DNA of 64,000 bases from an uncultured Spirochaetales bacterium. GTDB lineage: Bacteria > Spirochaetota > Spirochaetia > Sphaerochaetales > Sphaerochaetaceae. Shown piece after piece: positions 57,266 to 64,000 of the stretch (the first letter of the stretch is position 1; each line of letters starts with the position of its first letter). The stretch covers positions 52,037 to 116,036 of the forward strand of contig CALXRC010000003.1 in the NCBI GenBank assembly GCA_944390865.1. The letters run 5' to 3'. The position numbers and the translations under genes are program-made. The notes under the pieces were generated by a model that worked only from the letters and a program-made list of their open reading frames with translations, was not told the origin of the DNA and did no database searches.

Positions 57266-58329
57266 TCGTCTTTGTGCGCCTCAAGCCACTTCTCGTCTTC
57301 TTCAGTAAGCTCCGTCTCCGGCTCTTTGTCATCAAGGATTTCCTCTTCTGGTGCAGCTATCTCAATTTTGCAGGCTTCTTCAAGCTCTGCCTCCGGGGCC
57401 GGGATCCAGCGGCCTCTGGCCGGCTGAGGAAGCCATCCGTTTATGATGCTGAGCGGATCAGAATCGATGTCAGCCAGAGCCTGGGCTCTTGCCTGTTCAT
57501 CCTCAAGTCTGTCAATCAGCGTCTGGACAAAGTCCCTGCTCAAGATTGTCACAGGTCTGAACTCAACATCCTCAATGGCTCTGCGGAGCATCTGCAGCGC
57601 CTCATCTGTCTTTCCGTAATGAATCCAGAGCTGGGCCATATGGACGTATGGATCGGCGAAAGTGAATCTGCCGACCTTTTCGAACAGGGCTTTCTCCATG
57701 GCAAAGGCGTTGGGAAAGTCCTTGCTGAGCATATGGTATACGACCTGCAGGTCAAGCAGCGCAGGGGAGGTCACGCGCTGGCTGCTGAATTCTTCGACAA
57801 CCTTCCTGAATGATTTGAGGTGGTCGAGTGCCAGATAGTAAGTGCACAGGTTAATGTAGAGGACGTTGTCGCGGTACTTTGTCTTCATCACTTCCTCGCA
57901 CAGCCTGGCAGCCTCCTCGTAGTCCTTTTTCATGTAATAAATGAGGCTCAGCGCGGACTTTGCCTGACCCTTTATGGCTTCATCCGTGATGTACCTGTCC
58001 CTGATCAGCTTTTCCAGGGCCGCCTGTCCTGCCTCTGCCTCTCCCTCCTGAATAAGGATTGTGGCTGTCAGCACTGTGTACTTGGGGCTTATCCCGGCCC
58101 TGAGCGTTTTCTTATAATATGCCATGGCCTGCGGATAGCGGCTGCGGTCCTTTGCCGAATAGATCCTGTTTGCCCTGACAAAATAAAAATAGGCTCTCTT
58201 CGCCCAGAGGATGACAAGCAGTGCGGCGAGTGCAAGGACTGTCAGCGTGATGCCGCCGAGATTTCCGAAAAGCAGGGCCAGCACAAAGATCATCAGAGTG
58301 ACGTAGACAATTATTCTGTTCTTATCCAT
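57262..58329 (-). CDS. membrane-anchored TPR-repeat protein
   Basis: Two N-terminal TM helices, TPR-like helices and an acidic tail. Confidence 0.7.
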   Translation of the reverse strand: MDKNRIIVYVTLMIFVLALLFGNLGGITLTVLALAALLVILWAKRAYFYFVRANRIYSAKDRSRYPQAMAYYKKTLRAGISPKYTVLTATILIQEGEAEAGQAALEKLIRDRYITDEAIKGQAKSALSLIYYMKKDYEEAARLCEEVMKTKYRDNVLYINLCTYYLALDHLKSFRKVVEEFSSQRVTSPALLDLQVVYHMLSKDFPNAFAMEKALFEKVGRFTFADPYVHMAQLWIHYGKTDEALQMLRRAIEDVEFRPVTILSRDFVQTLIDRLEDEQARAQALADIDSDPLSIINGWLPQPARGRWIPAPEAELEEACKIEIAAPEEEILDDKEPETELTEEDEKWLEAHKDD

Positions 58330-58387
58330 AAAAAAAGATTCCTGTGGTTTAGTGTTATTTTCCTTCCATTATGATAATATTTCCACT

Positions 58388-58933
58388 GTGGAAAAGGAAG
58401 ACAATCGCATTCTTGTTCATTGCTGCTGCGGTCCATGCGCCACAGCCTCTGTTGAGCGGCTGCTCAGCGAAGGCTGGCTTCCCGTGCTTTATTTTTCCAA
58501 CAGCAACATTTTCCCCGACAGTGAACGGGACAAGCGTTATGAGCAGCTGCTGAAGCTCGCTGAGGCATGGAAGCTGCAGGTCATCCGTGACGGGAACGAG
58601 GATCATGAGGAATGGAGAAAGGCCGTAAGGGGCTTTGAAGGGGAGAAGGAAGGCGGAAGACGGTGCGATCTATGCTTTGCCTTTAATCTGAAGCGTGCAG
58701 CGGCTAAGGCCGCAGAGCTGGGAATCAGCCGATGGTGCACGACGCTTACAGTCTCAAGGTACAAGAACAGCAGCAGGATCTTTGCCGCAGGCGAGGGCCT
58801 TGAGGGATTCGAGCACTTTGACTTCAAGAAAAAGGACGGCTATACCCGCTCAATAAGACTGTCTCAGGAACTGGGACTGTACAGGCAGAAATACTGCGGC
58901 TGTGAGTTCTCGATGCAGGAGGCCGCAAGGTGA
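58388..58933 (+). CDS. queH: epoxyqueuosine reductase QueH
   Basis: HCCCGPC, EKEGG.RC..C, TTLTVS, DFKKKDG, YRQKYCGC. Start GTG 58388 is inferred. Confidence 0.9.
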   Translation: MEKEDNRILVHCCCGPCATASVERLLSEGWLPVLYFSNSNIFPDSERDKRYEQLLKLAEAWKLQVIRDGNEDHEEWRKAVRGFEGEKEGGRRCDLCFAFNLKRAAAKAAELGISRWCTTLTVSRYKNSSRIFAAGEGLEGFEHFDFKKKDGYTRSIRLSQELGLYRQKYCGCEFSMQEAAR

Positions 58934-60435
58934 AGAAGCTGATCAAGCTGCTGTCGTCACGGCTTTTCTGGTTTGCCCTGACAATGGGGCTGCAGTTCAT
59001 TGTGCTCATTATCGGTTCGTTCTATGTCTCGAACAACACTTATCTTCTCCTGGCGCTACTGCTTATCAGTCTGCTGTGCGCGCTCTTTGTCTCCACCAGA
59101 GACGAGAGCCCTGATTACAAGAACGCCTGGATGCTCATCATCGTGGTCTTCCCGCTTGCCGGAGGGCTGCTTTACCTTATTTTCGGCAAGAAGAAGATTG
59201 GGCGCACGGCAGTAAGGAAAATCCTGCTTACCCGTGATATCTCCCGCTATGGAGAAAAGAGGCTTCCATCTTCAGAGCTGGATGAGAAAGATGCAAAGCA
59301 GATTGCCTATATACATTCAGTGACAGGCTTTCAGGCCTTTGACCAGACTGCGGTGAAGTATTACAGCTTCCCGGATGATTTTTTTGACGATGTCGTCAGG
59401 GAAATCAGAAAGGCGGAGAAATTCATTTTCATTGAATACTTCATCATTGCCCAGGGGCGCGTCTGGACCCGGATACTGCATGAACTTCAGCTGAAAAGAC
59501 GCGAAGGCGTTGACATCAGGATACTTTACGATGATCTCGGCTCGATCAACGCGGTGCCGAAAAACTATTTCCTGAAGCTCAGGGAAATGGGTTTTCAGGC
59601 TTATGCCTTCAACCCGATTGCCATGCATATGAATCCGAGGCTGAACTACCGTGATCACCGCAAGATCTTCAACATTGACGGCAATGTCTGCTTTACCGGA
59701 GGACTGAATCTTGCTGATGAGTATGCCAATGACATCATCCGCTTCGGCTACTGGAAGGACAATGCCGTCAGGATCACAGGTCCTGCCGTGTGGAATCTCA
59801 CACTCATGTTCCTTTCAGTGTGGAAGGGCATCAGCAAGAGCGAGGAAGACTTTGAACTGTTCCGTCCGCAGCTTGCAATGCCTTCTGACGGACTGGTGCT
59901 TCCCTTCGCCGACAGCCCCTTTGATGACACTGCGATTGCCCGCAATGTATACATTCAGGCTGTCAACAATGCCCAGCGCTATGTCTGGATCGTTACGCCG
60001 TATCTTATTCCGGACAGCGAAATGACCACGGCGCTGATGATTGCGGCAGGATCCGGCGTTGATGTCCGGATTGTCACGCCGCGTTATCCTGACAAGAAGA
60101 CAGTGCATGAAGTCAGCCGGTCTGTCTACCGCAAGCTGGTGCAGAGCGGGGTAAAGGTATACGAGTTCCTGCCCGGATTCATCCACTCGAAGACTCTTGT
60201 CTCAGATGACAGGATAGCGCTTGTGGGCACCGCAAATCTTGACTACAGGTCCTTCTATCTTCATTTTGAGCTTTCAGTGCTCTTTATGGGAGGAAGCATA
60301 ATAGAAGAGGTGAAGCGTGATACACTGTATGCAATAGACAGGGGCGAGGAGCAGGCTGAGGAAAAGCTTGCCAGAGTCAGCCTGGTGCGCCGCCTCATAA
60401 GAACCTTTTTCGGGTTCTTCGCACCAGCTTTGTAG
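58930..60435 (+). CDS. cls: cardiolipin synthase
   Basis: N-terminal TM segments and two HKD motifs (HRKIFNID, HSKTLVSD). Confidence 0.93.
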   Translation: MKKLIKLLSSRLFWFALTMGLQFIVLIIGSFYVSNNTYLLLALLLISLLCALFVSTRDESPDYKNAWMLIIVVFPLAGGLLYLIFGKKKIGRTAVRKILLTRDISRYGEKRLPSSELDEKDAKQIAYIHSVTGFQAFDQTAVKYYSFPDDFFDDVVREIRKAEKFIFIEYFIIAQGRVWTRILHELQLKRREGVDIRILYDDLGSINAVPKNYFLKLREMGFQAYAFNPIAMHMNPRLNYRDHRKIFNIDGNVCFTGGLNLADEYANDIIRFGYWKDNAVRITGPAVWNLTLMFLSVWKGISKSEEDFELFRPQLAMPSDGLVLPFADSPFDDTAIARNVYIQAVNNAQRYVWIVTPYLIPDSEMTTALMIAAGSGVDVRIVTPRYPDKKTVHEVSRSVYRKLVQSGVKVYEFLPGFIHSKTLVSDDRIALVGTANLDYRSFYLHFELSVLFMGGSIIEEVKRDTLYAIDRGEEQAEEKLARVSLVRRLIRTFFGFFAPAL

Positions 60436-60455
60436 GAAAACCGCCTGAAAGGAGA

Positions 60456-60788
60456 ATGAAGAGTTTTATGCAGAAGAAGAAAGAGGAAAAGCTTCCAGAT
60501 CTGACTCCTTCATACAAGGATCTGATTGAAGTGTTCACTGCTGTCAGCAGCGAGGAGGATATGAAGGCCCTGTTCGAGGACATGTTCACTGATGCCGAAA
60601 TCCGGGATTTCACAATAAGGTGGAAACTGATGAATGATCTTTATCAGCATGTGAGCCAGAGGACGATTGCAAGTGAGCTGAAGATCAGCCTGTGCCGCAT
60701 AACGCGGGGAAGCCGGATGCTCAAGAAGAGCAACGGCTATGTGAAGAGGCTGCTTTCTGAGCGATATAAGGATCATTATCAGATTTAG
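60456..60788 (+). CDS. TrpR-like (YerC/YecD) regulator
   Basis: T.AE.....RW and SQRTIASELKISLCRITRGS HTH. Confidence 0.8.
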   Translation: MKSFMQKKKEEKLPDLTPSYKDLIEVFTAVSSEEDMKALFEDMFTDAEIRDFTIRWKLMNDLYQHVSQRTIASELKISLCRITRGSRMLKKSNGYVKRLLSERYKDHYQI

Positions 60789-60789
60789 C

Positions 60790-60839
60790 TTGCCCTAAAG
60801 CTGATTTAGTGATATATTATCAGTAATAATTCTTAATAA
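60790..60839 (+). promoter_or_regulatory. rubredoxin promoter with possible PerR/Fur-like box
   Basis: TTGCCC-N17-TATATT, then the AT-rich imperfect dyad TTATCAGTAAT-A-ATTCTTAATAA. Confidence 0.45.
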
Positions 60840-60854
60840 GAAGGAGAAGAAGTT

Positions 60855-60971
60855 ATGAAATACAGATGCGTTCTCTGCGGTTTTGAATATGAGGGCGACA
60901 GCCTTCCTGAAGACTATGTATGCCCGGTCTGCGGTGCAGGTCCTGAGGACTTTGAGCCCGTGGAAGAGTAA
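60855..60971 (+). CDS. short rubredoxin (38 aa)
   Basis: Manual translation MKYRCVLCGFEYEGDSLPEDYVCPVCGAGPEDFEPVEE*; AAGGAG RBS; below the ORF-track cutoff. Confidence 0.9.
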   Translation: MKYRCVLCGFEYEGDSLPEDYVCPVCGAGPEDFEPVEE

Positions 60972-60976
60972 GACGG

Positions 60977-61012
60977 AAAGCGGATTTCTTTTTAGGGAAT
61001 CCGCTTTTTTTT
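60977..61012 (+). terminator. intrinsic terminator after rubredoxin
   Basis: AAAGCGGATTTCT-TTTT-AGGGAATCCGCTTT followed by a T-run. Confidence 0.8.
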
Positions 61013-61080
61013 GTTTGCCTCTGCTGTCTGTCTCAACTTGACTAAAGAACAGTTTTTTCTTTAGGATTCATACACTGTCT

Positions 61081-61164
61081 GGCCGCATGGCGGAATTGGT
61101 AGACGCAGTAGACTCAAAATCTACCGGTAGCAATACCTTATCGGTTCGATTCCGATTGCGGCTA
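61081..61164 (+). tRNA. tRNA-Leu(CAA)
   Basis: GGCCGCA/TGCGGCT acceptor stem, GTAGA-CTCAAAA-TCTAC anticodon arm, long variable arm GGTA-GCAA-TACC, TTCGATTC T-loop; CCA not encoded. Confidence 0.95.
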
Positions 61165-61166
61165 AG

Positions 61167-61216
61167 AAAAATGTCAATTTTAAGCGTGTTTTCTGCTTAA
61201 TTTTGACATTTTTTTT
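61167..61216 (+). terminator. AT-rich hairpin terminator after tRNA-Leu
   Basis: AAAATGTCAA..TTAAGC / GCTTAA..TTGACATTTT followed by a T-run. Confidence 0.6.
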
Positions 61217-61498
61217 GTTCAAATTTCATTCATGCAGGATGCTCAGAATATTAAAAGAAGCAAATACGAGAAGCTGTTTCATTCTGATAATAAGCGTCTG
61301 GAAAATGCTGCCTTTCTCTCACTATCCCTGCACTCATTAATTCCTGACGGCCTCACGTCAAGCCCGGGTGAAAAGACAATGGCAATTTTGCGTGGTGAGA
61401 AACAGGCTGCCTGAAAATGTAAACTTTCTGTAAAGCATAAAGATGCACTCAAAAGTGCTATTGGACAGACTTGCTTATTTCATTATGATATCGTCACT

Positions 61499-63031
61499 AT
61501 GAAAGCCAGCAAATTACTGATAATCAGTCTTGTTGTCCTGAGTCTGCTTTCTGCCTGCTCAGCTCAGGATTCAGAAACAGGCAGCAGTGTGCAGGCCTCT
61601 TCAGGAGAGGCTGCCGCAGTTCCTTCAACAGTAAGGATGGCCGTGACAGTTGATCCTGACGGTCTGGATCCGCATATGAGTGCCAGTGCAAGCACTTTTC
61701 AGGTTACCAGCAGCATCTATGAGACGCTTGTGACAGTAGACGAGAAGGGTGTGATAATCCCCTCTCTGGCAGACAGCTGGAGCATTGCCGATGACGGCAT
61801 GTCTGTCACTTTCCACCTCCGTCCGGATGCACGCTTTTCAAACGGCCGCGTCTGTGACGCCAGTGCTGTCGTCTCATCTTTTGAGCGGCTGCTTTCTGAA
61901 TCTGTCAGGAGCGGGGATTACAGCTCTATTGAGTCTGTCACCGCGCTGGATGAGAGTACTGTCGAGTTCACATTCAGCACGCTCAATGTTGTCGCACTTT
62001 CCCTCTTTGCCTATCCCTGGTCCGCTGTTGTGGACACATCTGCAGCTGACAGTCTGAGGACGGCCCCTGTGGGCACAGGTCCTTACATGCTGTCAAGCTG
62101 GGTGCCTCAGCAGAACCTTGTTCTGGTCAGGAATCCGTATTACACGCTTCCATGCAGCATTGACAGTGTCGAGTTTGTCATGATTCCCGACATGACAAGT
62201 CAGGTGACAGCACTCAGAAACGGCCAGATTGACATCATCCAGATCACAGGAGATCTGGTAGGACAGTTCGAGAACAACAGTGCCTACACAGTTTATGCCA
62301 TGGCCGGGAACGGACTTCAGCTTATGGCAATGAACACAGCACGTCCGGGTCTTGATGACCTGAGGGTGAGGCAGGCGATAAACTATGCTGTTGACAAGGA
62401 TGCACTCATTGAGGCTGTGTGGTGGGGCTACGGGGAAGAGATCGGTTCTCATTTCCCTGTCGTGCTCTCTGAGTATGCAGACATGAACGGCAAGTATCCA
62501 TATGACCCGCAGAGGGCAGCTGAGCTGCTTGAAGAGGCGGGCTACGGGCCTGGGGAGCTGCAGCTTGACATGTATCTGCCCAGAAGCTATCAGGAGTATG
62601 TGAATGCGGGGCAGGTCATCGCGGCCCAGCTTGAGAGTGCCGGCATTGACGTGAATATCCAGATCGTGGAATGGGCTGCCTGGCTGAGCGATGTCTACAA
62701 CGGCAGGAACTATGACCTGACAGTCGTCGGCCATACAGGCCGTCTTGATGCCTACTCCCTGCTTGCCCGTTATGACAGCAGCGCTGCTGAGAACTATTTC
62801 AATTACAGCAATCCTGAGATGGATGCCCTGCTTGAAGAGTACAACAGCGAAGTTGACGAGGCTGCGCGCACAGAACTTGCCCACAGGATGCAGGAGATCC
62901 TTGCCGAAGACGTACCGGCCCTGTATATTCAGGATCCGATTCAGATCTTTGTCACAGACTCTGCGCTGCAGGGCTTTGCAACTTTCCCGATAAATATTTA
63001 CAAATTCAGCGAAATGAGTTTTGCTTCCTGA
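61499..63031 (+). CDS. peptide/nickel ABC transporter substrate-binding lipoprotein (family 5)
   Basis: Lipobox LLSAC, IYETLV, PSLADSW, PVGTGPY, RVRQAINYAVD. Confidence 0.92.
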   Translation: MKASKLLIISLVVLSLLSACSAQDSETGSSVQASSGEAAAVPSTVRMAVTVDPDGLDPHMSASASTFQVTSSIYETLVTVDEKGVIIPSLADSWSIADDGMSVTFHLRPDARFSNGRVCDASAVVSSFERLLSESVRSGDYSSIESVTALDESTVEFTFSTLNVVALSLFAYPWSAVVDTSAADSLRTAPVGTGPYMLSSWVPQQNLVLVRNPYYTLPCSIDSVEFVMIPDMTSQVTALRNGQIDIIQITGDLVGQFENNSAYTVYAMAGNGLQLMAMNTARPGLDDLRVRQAINYAVDKDALIEAVWWGYGEEIGSHFPVVLSEYADMNGKYPYDPQRAAELLEEAGYGPGELQLDMYLPRSYQEYVNAGQVIAAQLESAGIDVNIQIVEWAAWLSDVYNGRNYDLTVVGHTGRLDAYSLLARYDSSAAENYFNYSNPEMDALLEEYNSEVDEAARTELAHRMQEILAEDVPALYIQDPIQIFVTDSALQGFATFPINIYKFSEMSFAS

Positions 63032-63080
63032 CTGAACGGCATGAGTGCAAAAAATCCTGTGCTCTGCTACACTTAATGCG

Positions 63081-64000
63081 ATGGCGAAGTATATAGCAAA
63101 GAGGCTGCTCTCGGCAGCCGCTGTGATGGTTCTTGTCAGCCTTTTGACGTTCATTGCCCTGGATCTGATTCCGGGCAATGCGGCCATCGTCGCTCTTGGC
63201 ACAGAGACTTCTGCCCAGGCAGTCAGCCGTCTGACGGAACAGATGGGTCTGGACAGGCCTCTTGGACAGCGTCTGGCTGATTACTACATTGACCTGCTTC
63301 ACTTTGACCTGGGAACAAGCTCTTATTTCGGGCAGGATGTGATGCTGCTCATTTCCCAGCGCATATCAGTGACGTTCCCTCTTGCTTTCCTTTCCGTTCT
63401 CATTGCCCTGATTGCCGCGCTCATCCTGGGCTCTGCCGCGGCCCTGAGAAAGGGAGGCATCATTGACAGCGTGTCCAGAAGCCTTGTCCAGCTTGCCTCC
63501 AGCGTGCCCAGCTTCTGGCTGTCGCTGATCTTTCTCATTTTCTTTTCATCTGTCCTGGGCCTTGCTGACGTGGGCCAGTATACAGCCCCGTCTGTCAGCT
63601 TTTCGGCCTGGCTCGGTTCCATCTTCCTTCCGGTTGCGGTGCTGGCAGTCAGCGAGCTCGGACCTCTTCTGAGGATGGTGCGCTCAAGCATGATAAACGC
63701 CCTCAGCCAGGACTGGTACGCAAATGCCCTTATCAGGGGAGTATCCCGCTTCAGGGCCGTCATGGTCTATGCCCTGCGCTATGCTCTGCCCGGTCCGCTG
63801 ACAATGGCAGGCGGACAGCTGGCGAAGCTGCTTGGAGGAACTGCCATAGTGGAGTCAGTTTTTGCCCTTCCCGGACTGGGGCGGCTGTTCCTCACTGCTG
63901 TCGAGATGAGAGATCTTGCTCTTGTGCAGGGCATTGTCATATTTGTCGCCTTTTTCATCGTCCTGATGAATCTCATCACTGATCTGGTGCTGTTTGCAGT
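63081..64000 (+). CDS. peptide/nickel ABC transporter permease (DppB-like), runs off the window end
   Basis: Manual translation MAKYIAKRLL...LIPGNAA...GLDRPL...FDLGTS...PSFWL...VESVFALPGLG. Confidence 0.9.
   Translation, partial: MAKYIAKRLLSAAAVMVLVSLLTFIALDLIPGNAAIVALGTETSAQAVSRLTEQMGLDRPLGQRLADYYIDLLHFDLGTSSYFGQDVMLLISQRISVTFPLAFLSVLIALIAALILGSAAALRKGGIIDSVSRSLVQLASSVPSFWLSLIFLIFFSSVLGLADVGQYTAPSVSFSAWLGSIFLPVAVLAVSELGPLLRMVRSSMINALSQDWYANALIRGVSRFRAVMVYALRYALPGPLTMAGGQLAKLLGGTAIVESVFALPGLGRLFLTAVEMRDLALVQGIVIFVAFFIVLMNLITDLVLFA

Noticed and set aside
60456-60788. Tryptophan operon control or attenuator
   Set aside because: No trp genes, leader peptide or T-box nearby.
61217-61460. Riboswitch or small ORF (61232-61414) upstream of the peptide SBP
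   Set aside because: No recognisable aptamer consensus, the SBP promoter appears to sit directly at the start codon, and the ORF lacks an RBS and motifs.
1-64000. CRISPR array, IS/transposase, integrase, prophage or rRNA
   Set aside because: No regularly spaced repeats or recognisable motifs in any intergenic region or ORF.

Overview
Gene-dense chromosomal window (about 60 CDS, 2 tRNAs) from an anaerobic spirochaete, most likely Sphaerochaetaceae-like. This assignment is inferred from the prfB-hyp-ftsY-hyp-lolCDE gene order, the rnf operon followed by a GH57-like gene, and 'FAxG..E' solute-binding-protein signal peptides. Main content in order: a maltodextrin ABC/LacI/malQ operon, an orphan Na+-decarboxylase beta subunit with a 41-aa partner, hflX, ychF followed by a small decayed AT-richer island (Fic and flavodoxin remnants plus an AAA/DUF4143 gene), rpsD, pstSCAB-phoU-phoPR, a MarR-ABC exporter, LysR/DUF3737, thrH, metK, a DksA-like gene, mltG, rluA, gpsA, rnfCDGEAB, frameshifting prfB, ftsY, lolCDE-like genes, rnz, queH, cls, rubredoxin and a peptide ABC transporter. 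I found no CRISPR array, transposase, integrase or prophage. The most notable observations are two intact but catalytically degenerate glycoside hydrolases (GH36 and GH57), an SD-sequestering structured metK leader unlike the known SAM riboswitches, a recurring leaderless-promoter signature, a putative Zn/deaminase-like domain fused to RluA, and the orphan oadB plus microprotein pair. All calls come from reading the sequence by eye; no searches or folding programs were run.
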